From Candidatus Bathyarchaeia archaeon (GTDB taxonomy: Archaea; Thermoproteota; Bathyarchaeia; Bathyarchaeales; Bathycorpusculaceae), in the NCBI GenBank assembly GCA_049969855.1, contig JBMFOB010000009.1, positions 1 to 53,196 of the forward strand: DNA of 53,196 nt, given 5' to 3'. Of this stretch, positions 38,601 through 47,458 are shown in pieces. Positions within the stretch are counted from its first letter, which is position 1; each line of letters begins with the position of its first letter. The notes beneath the pieces are model-generated. The model had not been told where the DNA came from. It saw only the letters and a program-made list of their open reading frames with translations, and made no database searches. Made by a program: the position numbers and the translations under genes.

Positions 38601-39185
38601 TCATATTTTTAAAAACTCATCCAACAAACCTTCCCTTTCCAACTTCCCAATCCAATCCACAACACCAACACGACACTTTCCACGTCCATTAAGAACATCT
38701 AAAATTTCGTTAACAACCTCCTCCACACGCTTACCAGTAACATTTAACTCGCAAACCTTTTCTTTCCCATGAACTTTTAATGCGTCAACCAAACAAACAT
38801 CAAGAATTTCAGAAGCCAAATTCTCCCACAACTTGCGCTCGGAAAAACCAGCCTTTTCCATAAACCCTTTTAATTCAACAGGATCTCGCCTCAAAACAAA
38901 GACGTAAGTTACAAGTTTTTTAGGAACAACATTGACAGCATAATGTCCATCAACAATAACGTCCTTGCTGGATTTCTTAATAATATCAGAGATTTTGCGG
39001 CGCATCCGCCTTTCATCAACAATAATGGAGTTTCTCTCCAAATCTCTACCAGAAACAAGATTTTCACGCAAAGCCAGTTCAGTTAAATTCACATAAAAAG
39101 CATCAATTTTAACGTATAACAATTGAGCCACAGAAGATTTTCCAACACAAGGCGTTCCAGTCAACAAAATAACACGTTTAGGCAT
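38601..39185 (-). CDS. Adenylate kinase, AK6/Fap7 family
   Basis: TGTPCVGKS, IVDGH, VFVLR, ENLASEILD, VDW. Confidence 0.92.
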   Translation of the reverse strand: MPKRVILLTGTPCVGKSSVAQLLYVKIDAFYVNLTELALRENLVSGRDLERNSIIVDERRMRRKISDIIKKSSKDVIVDGHYAVNVVPKKLVTYVFVLRRDPVELKGFMEKAGFSERKLWENLASEILDVCLVDALKVHGKEKVCELNVTGKRVEEVVNEILDVLNGRGKCRVGVVDWIGKLEREGLLDEFLKI

Positions 39186-39277
39186 AGGCTAACCATCCAT
39201 TACCATCCATAATAAAGCCTTACCGCAAAATAAGGTTTCCAAAATTCTTATTGCCAACGCTTACGCCAATATATTTT

Positions 39278-39597
39278 GGGCTGGCGAAGTTGGCGGGTGG
39301 CTTCCGAGCTTCCATGTGAAGCTTGAGGAAACTCCGCCCACAAGTAGAATTGCAACACCCGCAAGGGTGTAAGGCGAAAGCCTTGGCAACGGAGCAGAAA
39401 CGAAACGTCCATCCAGCAGTTGCCAATGATGCATGCTAAGTTGTTGAGAATGCTGGACTGGAAGCGGTGAAACGGCTGTCCTGCAAGTGGAAAGGGCAAA
39501 CAGACGCCTGTGAGGAATCTACCCAGAGGCGCGGGTAGCCCGATTAGTCGAATGCCACCTAAAACAAAAGGCGGGTTACAGCCAACATCGCCAGCCT
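39278..39597 (+). ncRNA. rnpB: RNase P RNA
   Basis: GAGGAAACTCCGCCC (CR-I), AAACAAAAGGCGGGTTA (CR-V), CAGAAAC, TGAAAC, terminal GGCTGGCGA/TCGCCAGCC stem. Confidence 0.95.
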
Positions 39598-39749
39598 TTT
39601 TAAAATAACGCCAGATTTTGCAAGCGTGTTTAAATAATTTTAAATGTAAAGTTTAAGCAAAAGGTTCTTGTTGCGGAGTACTGTTATCGCATCAAGAAAC
39701 AAGGCATATATGAATCTCTGCAATTACAATTTTAGGGAGGAGAGATTGG

Positions 39750-40928
39750 ATGAAGATTAAACAAGCATGTGTATTAGTGTTAGTGAGTGTTGTGATCTTG
39801 GCGGTTAGCCAACATGCTCCGCTTGTGTTTGCGTCGAAAAATTCTAGGGCTTCATGGACTTTCATGGTTTACTTGGATGCTGATAATAACTTGGATGAGT
39901 ATGGCCAAATTAATTTGGAGCAGATGCAAGAGGGCTTGGCATCCAATGCTGCGGTCAACGTGATAGTGTTAATGGATAGACTGAATCTTCCAGCATATGT
40001 TTACGAGGTTACACATGAAAATATCAAGACAGTTCAGTCCTTAGGCGAAGTAGACATGGGCAACCAACAAACTTTAAGCTATTTTGTAACATTTGCTATG
40101 AAAAAATATCCGGCTAACTACTTCTTCCTTGACCTTTGGGATCATGGTGGAGGCTACAGGGGTATCTGCTGGGATGAGTCAAGCGGCAACCACTTATCAC
40201 CTCATGACATAGAAATGGCTGTTGCCTTAGCTGAAAGTCAAACGAAAAAGTTCGTTAATGTCATTGGTTTTGACGCTTGCTTGATGGGCATGATTGAAAT
40301 CTGCTACGAACTAAAAGATGTAACAAACATTGTTATCGGTTCTGAAGTGCTTATTCCAGGACTAGGCTGGCCTTATACACAGCTTATGGCTTATCTTTCT
40401 AGCAATCCTCAAACGGACCCACCTGCGCTCAGCACTTATCTTGTCAACGAATATGTAGCGTATTACCCAAAATACACCGTGCAACTGTCGGCTATAAACG
40501 AAGAATTAATCCCAGAAGTGACTATAAGCCTCAACAACTTTACAGATGCATTAATGACAAACATCAGCGAATATAAAGGAGTTGTCTCTGGCGCCAGAAG
40601 CGATGCACAACAAAAGTTTATACTCGGAACAATGGGCTCCTACTTCTACGTTGATCTCTACAAGTTTACAATGCTAGTAAGCGAAAGAACATGCGACGGC
40701 AAAATCACGGAATTAGCCTCTAACCTTATGAGCAAATTGGATCTCGTAGTTTTCGCCGAAGCACACACTGCACAAATTGGTAATCTTGATGCTAAACAGT
40801 TTGGGCTCACAGTTAACTTTCCACCAAACATTCAAACATACAACAGTAACTATGAAAAATATGTGCCATGCTTTGTGCAAGAAACGCTATGGCAGTCATT
40901 CCTGATGAGCTATTACGCAGCAATCTAA
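39750..40928 (+). CDS. Secreted clostripain-family (C11) cysteine peptidase
   Basis: Signal peptide, WTFMVYLDADNNL, WDHGGG (catalytic His), FDACLM (catalytic Cys). Confidence 0.93.
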   Translation: MKIKQACVLVLVSVVILAVSQHAPLVFASKNSRASWTFMVYLDADNNLDEYGQINLEQMQEGLASNAAVNVIVLMDRLNLPAYVYEVTHENIKTVQSLGEVDMGNQQTLSYFVTFAMKKYPANYFFLDLWDHGGGYRGICWDESSGNHLSPHDIEMAVALAESQTKKFVNVIGFDACLMGMIEICYELKDVTNIVIGSEVLIPGLGWPYTQLMAYLSSNPQTDPPALSTYLVNEYVAYYPKYTVQLSAINEELIPEVTISLNNFTDALMTNISEYKGVVSGARSDAQQKFILGTMGSYFYVDLYKFTMLVSERTCDGKITELASNLMSKLDLVVFAEAHTAQIGNLDAKQFGLTVNFPPNIQTYNSNYEKYVPCFVQETLWQSFLMSYYAAI

Positions 40929-40934
40929 AAATCC

Positions 40935-40970
40935 GTATCAGTAAGCGTGCCTACCGATACCATGTTTTTC
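40935..40970 (+). terminator. Hairpin plus T-run after the peptidase gene
   Basis: GTATC...GATAC stem followed by GTTTTTC. Confidence 0.35.
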
Positions 40971-41005
40971 TGTTGTGCATTACTAAACCTTTTTATAATT
41001 GAATC

Positions 41006-42232
41006 GTGTTTTATGTTGCTGTCACATTAATTCATGTAGTTAACGAGGCTTCTGAAAGCTTTTGGAAAATGCATGAAAATTTTGTGGCAGGAGAAATGAA
41101 ATATATGCAAATACAATACTTTAGAGATTTACCCTTAAGCGTCGAGGTTATGAAAGGCATTGAAGAGCTTGGGTTCAGTAATCTTTTTCCAATTCAAGCT
41201 CAAGCCATAACCCCATTACTTGAAGGAAAAGACGTTATTGGACAGGCGCAGACTGGAACGGGAAAAACTGCTGCCTTTGGAATTCCAATGATTGAAAGAT
41301 TAAACCCAGAAATTGACAAAGTTCAAGGCTTGGTTTTGGTGCCAACCCGTGAACTTGCTGTCCAAGTTGCAGAACACATCAGCCGATTTGGAAAATATAC
41401 AAATCTCAGAGTCTTAGCGGTTTATGGAGGAGAACCCATCGGAAAACAAATACATGCGCTCAAAAATGGCATTCAAATAGTTGTCGGCACGCCAGGCCGC
41501 ATAATTGACCTGCTTGAAAGGCACATCTTAGATTTGGCACTGGTAAGGATTGTTGTTTTAGACGAAGCAGATAGAATGCTAGACATGGGCTTCATAGACG
41601 ACATTGAATACATACTTTCAAAAGTGCCAGCCAATAGGCAGACAAGCCTTTTCTCAGCGACAATAGACCAAACAGTGATGAAAATTTGTAAAAAATACAT
41701 GAAGAATCCGGAAAAGATACTTGTAAGCAAAGACGAAATAGCCCTTTCACAAATAACCCAATATTACATGGTTGTAAACCCCTACAACAAATTCGAAATT
41801 CTATGCAACATTTTGGACGAGAACCACATAGAGCGAGCCATAATATTCTGTAAAACACGACTGGAAACAAGCATGCTTGCAGACAAGCTGAGAAAAAGAG
41901 GATATGACGCAAAACCGTTACATGCTGGTTTCACCCAACCGCAAAGAGATTTCGTAACAAACTCTTTCAGAAAGGGAAAACTGAAATTGCTTGTTGCAAC
42001 AGATGTCGCCGCAAGAGGCTTAGACATTCAAGGAATAACCCACATAATTAACTACGACGTCCCATTGGACGCCCTAGTCTATTTTCACAGAATAGGCAGA
42101 ACAGCCAGAAAGGGAGAGAGCGGAACAGCCATAACCCTTGTGGGCTACGGGGAACTTACAAACTTCAACAACATAAAAGCCCTAACCAAAACAACAATAG
42201 AAGAAATAAGTGAAACGCCTTTCTTCCCATAA
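41006..42232 (+). CDS. DEAD-box RNA helicase (true start probably near 41096-41105)
   Basis: AQTGTGKT, PTRELA, DEAD, SAT, ARGLD, HRIGRTAR. Confidence 0.96.
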   Translation: MFYVAVTLIHVVNEASESFWKMHENFVAGEMKYMQIQYFRDLPLSVEVMKGIEELGFSNLFPIQAQAITPLLEGKDVIGQAQTGTGKTAAFGIPMIERLNPEIDKVQGLVLVPTRELAVQVAEHISRFGKYTNLRVLAVYGGEPIGKQIHALKNGIQIVVGTPGRIIDLLERHILDLALVRIVVLDEADRMLDMGFIDDIEYILSKVPANRQTSLFSATIDQTVMKICKKYMKNPEKILVSKDEIALSQITQYYMVVNPYNKFEILCNILDENHIERAIIFCKTRLETSMLADKLRKRGYDAKPLHAGFTQPQRDFVTNSFRKGKLKLLVATDVAARGLDIQGITHIINYDVPLDALVYFHRIGRTARKGESGTAITLVGYGELTNFNNIKALTKTTIEEISETPFFP

Positions 42233-42277
42233 CCATAATAGGCAGAATCTACATTCTTACATGAGGTTAAGAACCAA

Positions 42278-42421
42278 ATGCCTAAAGACCCAGTTTGCGG
42301 AATAATTCTCGACGAAAGAACAGCTAAATTCAAAATCACATATGAAGGCGAAACTTACTATTTCTGTTCGTTAACTTGCAAGAAAAAATTCAAAAGACAC
42401 CCGATGAAATTTGTTAAATAA
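42278..42421 (+). CDS. YHS/TRASH-domain mini-protein (47 aa, absent from the ORF track)
   Basis: MPKDPVCG...YEGETYYFCSLTCKKKF. Confidence 0.88.
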   Translation: MPKDPVCGIILDERTAKFKITYEGETYYFCSLTCKKKFKRHPMKFVK

Positions 42422-42535
42422 CCCCAATTTTCAATTGCCTTTATAAGGAAGGTTGAAGATTATTTATCAGTAACGTTCTACCATTGGAACACGCCATACA
42501 AGGCAACGTTACACACAACAAATAACATAAAAGGA

Positions 42536-42832
42536 GTGAAAAAAATGGCAGAAAATAGAGATGTTATCTTCATTGGAAACAAACCACCAATGGCCTATGT
42601 TCTAGCAATAATTACAAGCCTCTCCGCAAGCAACGCCAAAGAAATAACGCTGAAAGCACGCGGACAAGCAATAACAACAGCAGTTGACGCAGCTGAAATA
42701 GCTAGAAGACGCTTCATGAAAGATTTGCAGATAAGCAAAGTATCAATTGGCACTGAAGAAATGCCGCCGAGAGAGGGTGAAAATAGGTCAAGGATGGTTT
42801 CGACAATGGAAATAACACTTAAAAAAGAGTAG
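42536..42832 (+). CDS. albA: DNA/RNA-binding protein Alba
   Basis: IFIGNKPPMAYVLA, LKARGQAITTAVDAAE, IGTEE, VSTMEI. Confidence 0.96.
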   Translation: MKKMAENRDVIFIGNKPPMAYVLAIITSLSASNAKEITLKARGQAITTAVDAAEIARRRFMKDLQISKVSIGTEEMPPREGENRSRMVSTMEITLKKE

Positions 42833-42837
42833 GAAAA

Positions 42838-43446
42838 ATGCGAAACAAAGCATCACCCAGCGAATACCTCGCTTTTCTTTCTATAAAATATGAGGTTAAC
42901 CCAGACAACTTTTTCCATGCAATAATCTCAGCGTGCGAAAAGGGAAAATCCACATGCGGAAACCTATCCGTTGAATGCCGTGGCAAACAAAAGAACAAGA
43001 TAATCCTTCTAATAACAAAAGGTGAAAAAGTCGTGGCTCAGTTCCCAATACTTGAAGAATTTCTAACGGAAAAGAACAATCCAATAAAAGAAATTAGAAA
43101 AACAAACTTGTTCCACAGGTACCCAATCACAAAAGACGATAAGCCACATTCTTTTCAGATAGGAGAATTAAGAATGGGAATGAAAAAGATTAACGTGAAG
43201 GCTAGGGTTCTTGAAATCGCGAAACCAACCCTTGTTTTTACAAGATTTGGAAACTATGCCAGCGTAACAAACGCTTTGATAGCAGACGAAACTGGAACAA
43301 TCAAACTTTGTTTATGGAACGAACAGATAGGCTCCATAGCCATAGGAGACACAGTTCAAATTGAGAACGGAAGCACATCAGCGTTCAGAGGAGAGAAACA
43401 ATTAAGAATTGGAAGAAAAGGAGTTCTCCGCAACATAGAAACCTAA
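42838..43446 (+). CDS. OB-fold SSB-like protein with an extra N-terminal domain
   Basis: C-terminal INVKARVLE...IADETGTIKLCLWNEQ...LRIGRKG. Confidence 0.85.
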   Translation: MRNKASPSEYLAFLSIKYEVNPDNFFHAIISACEKGKSTCGNLSVECRGKQKNKIILLITKGEKVVAQFPILEEFLTEKNNPIKEIRKTNLFHRYPITKDDKPHSFQIGELRMGMKKINVKARVLEIAKPTLVFTRFGNYASVTNALIADETGTIKLCLWNEQIGSIAIGDTVQIENGSTSAFRGEKQLRIGRKGVLRNIET

Positions 43447-43632
43447 TCTCCACCTCAAACACGCCAGCCTCTAATTAAAAGCCTAACCCTCCTAGGACCC
43501 CCTACGTTTTCTATACCCCATCCCCTCTAGGTTTTCTGCTGTAGATGCCGCCACAACGCCAAAGCCACATGAGTTGTTTTCATAACTTAAAGCAAGCGAA
43601 GTGTGTAAATAAAATAAATCGGTTTTCTCAGC

Positions 43633-44055
43633 TTGGCTGAAACTATTAAATATCCGTCAAGGTTAGTTATTTTTGTGCATAAAGAATTTAAAAAATTAAT
43701 AGAAAAAACCGAAAAGGATCGTGATGCCTTAGCCGTGGTGCTTTTTGGTAGTTACGTTAGAAAAGAAAGTTTCTCTGATGTGGACGTTTGCATTGTGCTG
43801 AAACCAAAAAGGTTCACTCATCTATATTTATCAAGTAAAAGGTTGAGATATTCAATTGCTTTCCCAAACTTGGACATACAAATTTTTCAGCAACTTCCTT
43901 TACCTATAAAAATGCGAATTTTAAAGGAGGGCAAGGTTATTTTTTGCAAAGACGAAGATGCACTGTACGATTTAGCTTTTTCCACAATTAGAGAGTTTGA
44001 ACTTTTTAAACCAAGATATCTTTCCTATTTAGAAGGTGTTTTACATGCTGGATAA
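43633..44055 (+). CDS. Minimal nucleotidyltransferase (MntA-type antitoxin)
   Basis: LFGSYVRKESFSDVDV; overlaps the HEPN gene. Confidence 0.9.
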   Translation: MAETIKYPSRLVIFVHKEFKKLIEKTEKDRDALAVVLFGSYVRKESFSDVDVCIVLKPKRFTHLYLSSKRLRYSIAFPNLDIQIFQQLPLPIKMRILKEGKVIFCKDEDALYDLAFSTIREFELFKPRYLSYLEGVLHAG

Positions 44056-44461
44056 AAGTAGAATATTGTCAAAACTGGATGAAATGGACATTTACCTAAA
44101 CGAGCTTGAAAGCATCATGCCAACAAGCTATGAAGAATATACAAGTTCTATAGAAAAAAGGAGAGCTTGTGAAAGGCTTTTACACATATTAATAGAATGC
44201 ACTATAGACATATGCACTTTGATAGTGAAAGGTTTAAGGCTGGGTCTACCAACAGAAGAAGAAGATGTATTTGAAAAGTTAAGGCGAAAAGAGATTATTT
44301 CCAAACAAATGGAAAGAAAATTAAAAGCTATGAGAGGCCTCAGAAACATTCTTGTTCACAGGTACGGCGGAGTTGACGATAAACTTGTTTTCGAAAATTT
44401 AAAGAAAATCAACGATTTTAAAGATTTTAGGAAAGAAATAAGTCAATTACTTAAAAAATGA
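44045..44461 (+). CDS. HEPN/DUF86 RNase toxin (HepT-type)
   Basis: ERLLHILIE, RNILVHRY (RX4HXY). Confidence 0.92.
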   Translation: MLDKSRILSKLDEMDIYLNELESIMPTSYEEYTSSIEKRRACERLLHILIECTIDICTLIVKGLRLGLPTEEEDVFEKLRRKEIISKQMERKLKAMRGLRNILVHRYGGVDDKLVFENLKKINDFKDFRKEISQLLKK

Positions 44462-44482
44462 GAATACCACTCTCTTTGACGG

Positions 44483-45040
44483 TTACAGGATTCCTTCTGC
44501 AGCTTTTCTGTAAATTTCAAAGTCGCTTTTTGAAAATAACACGAACACCACCTTATCGAGGTTATCTTCCTTTTCCAAAAACTCTTTAACCGTAAATATG
44601 GCTATTTTGCTTGCCTTTTCTATTGGGTATCCATATGCGCCTGTGCTTATGGCTGGAAACGCTATGGTTTTCAGTCCCTTGGAAACTGCTAGTTTGAGTG
44701 AGTTGCGGTAGGCTTCGGCTAAAAGTTCTGGTTCACCGCTGGAACCGCCACGCCAAACAGGTCCAACGGTGTGGATGACATATTTAGTCTTTAAATTTCC
44801 TCCAGAAGTGATGACTGCCTTTCCTGTTGGTAACCCATCTGGATATTCTGCTGCCCTTATGCGTTTGCATTCTTCAAGGATTTTAGGTCCGCCTTTACGG
44901 TGGATAGCTCCGTCTACGCCTCCGCCTCCCATAAGAGAGGGATTTGCAGCATTCACTATGGCATCAGCATCTATTTCTGTTATGTCACCTTGAATTAGAA
45001 GAATTTTTGCTTTGCCAACTCTAAATTCCACATCACTCAT
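44483..45040 (-). CDS. Macrodomain O-acetyl-ADP-ribose deacetylase (YmdB-like)
   Basis: GDIT, IVNAAN, GGGGVDGAIH, IHTVGP, PAISTGAYGYP. Confidence 0.95.
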   Translation of the reverse strand: MSDVEFRVGKAKILLIQGDITEIDADAIVNAANPSLMGGGGVDGAIHRKGGPKILEECKRIRAAEYPDGLPTGKAVITSGGNLKTKYVIHTVGPVWRGGSSGEPELLAEAYRNSLKLAVSKGLKTIAFPAISTGAYGYPIEKASKIAIFTVKEFLEKEDNLDKVVFVLFSKSDFEIYRKAAEGIL

Positions 45041-45066
45041 CCCTTTTTCAATCCATTAATGAAATT

Positions 45067-45696
45067 CTAAATTAAAGCGGAAATAATAAACCATACGCCA
45101 AAACCCGCCAAAATAGCAAAACAAAAACCGAAAACAATTTCATGCACCCTTTTCGTCCAAAAACATCTCGACTTAAAAACTGTTGGCGAAACAAAAGTGT
45201 TCCAAACGAGGTCGCAAGACCAATGAGCTATGGTGAATATTAAAAAGCCCGCAAGCCCAAAAATGGCAGAGTTCGTGACTAAAAAAGCTCCAATTGTAGC
45301 CCACCACAAAAGGAAGTATGGATTACCAACCGTGGCAAAGATTCCAGAAGCCATAGAGCCATACTTGAAATATGATGATTTTTCCTCAGTTTCTCTTCGA
45401 GTTTTCAGCATCCTAAACCCCAAATAAATCATCAATACGCCGCCCACAAGACCTATGGCTTTCTGCATAAACGGTGAAGCGAAAATCCAAGCAAAACCAA
45501 AGTAGATGAGAAACATTAGGGGAAATTCTACAACTCCATGACCGAGAGATATTAAGATTCCAGCACTTTTTTCTCTGCTAGCCTTTGCAATAGTAACGGC
45601 AAAAAGGGGACCAGGCGACATAACTCCAGACAAGGATATCAAAATCGCTGAAAACAGAAAGAAATAGAAATCTGTAATCATTTCCATAGTTTTCAC
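45067..45696 (-). CDS. LysE-family translocator
   Basis: SGVMSPGPL, GHGVVE, NPYFLLWW; multiple TM. Confidence 0.9.
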   Translation of the reverse strand: MKTMEMITDFYFFLFSAILISLSGVMSPGPLFAVTIAKASREKSAGILISLGHGVVEFPLMFLIYFGFAWIFASPFMQKAIGLVGGVLMIYLGFRMLKTRRETEEKSSYFKYGSMASGIFATVGNPYFLLWWATIGAFLVTNSAIFGLAGFLIFTIAHWSCDLVWNTFVSPTVFKSRCFWTKRVHEIVFGFCFAILAGFGVWFIISALI

Positions 45697-45713
45697 TAAA
45701 AATGCATGCGTAT

Positions 45714-46871
45714 TTACTGTTTTAGAGAAAGGATTTTGTCTTCAGCTGCTGCCAATCCTGCTCCAAGGTTAAAATTGTATCCTAAGCCTTTCAAAGTTGC
45801 TTCAACGGCTGCTATGGTGGACATTATGTCGTTTTGGCTCACGTTCCCCATGTGGCCTACTCTGAAGCCTTTTCCTTTCAAGGGGCCCAAAGTGGAAGCA
45901 ACAACAATTCCACGCCTTTTCATTTCGCTTCTGAATTTGCCATCATCAATGTTTTCCGGATAATAGACAGCCGTAACCGTTTCAGCAGCATGTCCTCTAT
46001 CCGCAACCAGTTTCATTTTTAAAGCGCTCATTGCCGTCCTAAAAGCTTCAGCCAACACATGGTGCCTTCTAAACCTCTCATTTAATCCTTCACTAAGCAG
46101 TATTTTTAGGGCTTCGGAAAGCGCATAAATCATGTTAACAGGCGGAGTTGCAAAATATTGCGATGGATCTCTCATGACTGGAAGCCAATTCAGGAAGTTT
46201 CCATACCAGAAGCCCATGGGAGTTTTCCGCTTTCCAATATAGTCTAAAACTCTGTTGCTTGCTGAAATTAAAGCTAAACCTGGCGGGACGCCTATACATT
46301 TTTGCGAACCAGAGGCGCAGATGTCTATGTTCCATTCGTCAACTCGGACTTCCATTCCGCCGAGTGAACAAACCGTGTCAACAATGTAGAAGGCATCGCT
46401 GTTTCTCCTAACAATTTCGCCTATTTCTTTGATGGGATTAGCAACGCCCGTGGATGTTTCCACATGGGTAACAGTAACAGCCTTGTAATCATCCTCTTTT
46501 AAAGCATCCCTCACCATTTCTGGCTTTACCGCCTTACCCCATGGCACTTCCAAAACTTTCGATGCTGCCCCATAAGCCTTTGATATTTTAACGAAATACC
46601 CGCCGAAATATCCAGCAACCAAATTTAAGATTTTGTCTCCAAGCTCTATTATGTTGGCTGCAGCCATTTCCAAGGCTAATGTTCCAGAACCAGAAATTAC
46701 GAAAACATCATTTTCAGTCATGAAAACCCTTTTCAAATCGTCAAGAGTTTCTTTGAAGATTTTAACGAATTCTGGGCTTGTGTGGGATATGGTTGGTTTG
46801 CTTAGTGCACGTAAAACTGCTGGGTCAACATTTGTTGGACCTGGAATCATGAGGAGCGCTCTTTCACTCAT
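45714..46871 (-). CDS. Class V PLP aminotransferase (alanine-glyoxylate/serine-pyruvate type)
   Basis: LMIPGPT, HVETSTG, VDTVCS, SQKC, FRVGHMG. Confidence 0.93.
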   Translation of the reverse strand: MSERALLMIPGPTNVDPAVLRALSKPTISHTSPEFVKIFKETLDDLKRVFMTENDVFVISGSGTLALEMAAANIIELGDKILNLVAGYFGGYFVKISKAYGAASKVLEVPWGKAVKPEMVRDALKEDDYKAVTVTHVETSTGVANPIKEIGEIVRRNSDAFYIVDTVCSLGGMEVRVDEWNIDICASGSQKCIGVPPGLALISASNRVLDYIGKRKTPMGFWYGNFLNWLPVMRDPSQYFATPPVNMIYALSEALKILLSEGLNERFRRHHVLAEAFRTAMSALKMKLVADRGHAAETVTAVYYPENIDDGKFRSEMKRRGIVVASTLGPLKGKGFRVGHMGNVSQNDIMSTIAAVEATLKGLGYNFNLGAGLAAAEDKILSLKQ

Positions 46872-46930
46872 CTTTATAAACTCTCCATTTACAATCATTA
46901 GATAGTATTTATTTACGATAATTTCAGAAT

Positions 46931-47458
46931 TCATCTATTATATGTTTTGATAAATTGTTTCTGCAGTTCTACAACCGCCAAGCTATCTTCAGCTTTTGCG
47001 TAACTTTCAAGTTTTTCCCTGTTTATTTCGATGAAAGTGTGTCCCCACTTGAAGATGGATAAAAGTGTTATGGCTTCTTCTTTGAATCCAGCTATGTAGA
47101 GGGCCCCAGCCAAAGCCTCAACAGTGCTCAATTGGGTTGGTTTGCCGAAGTTGACTGGGTTTCCAGCAACCAAAACTGGTAAGCAGCGGGCGGTTCCCCT
47201 AACATGTTTTGACAAAACTTTTTCGGCGTGTTCCCAACTGCAGTCTAAGGCGGCTAATCCAAATTTTTCTATGCGTTGCCTATCCGTTGGAGAGAAGGCT
47301 ATTTCCGAAAAGGGATTAAGCACAACAGCTCTTTTTGGCAGAAACCTCATTTGATTCACTATGCGGATTAGCCCGTGGCGTTTAAGTTTTAGGGCTGTAC
47401 ATTTTTTGGGGTCGCATTGCCCAGCATGATAAACAGTTATCCTAATCCTTTTTTGCAC
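46931..47458 (-). CDS. tsr3: rRNA aminocarboxypropyltransferase (DUF367)
   Basis: QCDPKKCTA, DCSW, LVAGNPVNFG, LSTVEA, FKWG. Confidence 0.94.
   Translation of the reverse strand: MQKRIRITVYHAGQCDPKKCTALKLKRHGLIRIVNQMRFLPKRAVVLNPFSEIAFSPTDRQRIEKFGLAALDCSWEHAEKVLSKHVRGTARCLPVLVAGNPVNFGKPTQLSTVEALAGALYIAGFKEEAITLLSIFKWGHTFIEINREKLESYAKAEDSLAVVELQKQFIKTYNR

Noticed and set aside
39220-39499. Minus-strand ORFs of 68 and 83 aa
   Set aside because: Antisense to RNase P RNA
43485-43535. C-rich tract flanked by CCTAG/CTAGG after the OB-fold gene
   Set aside because: Short and single-copy; cannot distinguish a terminator or element end from chance
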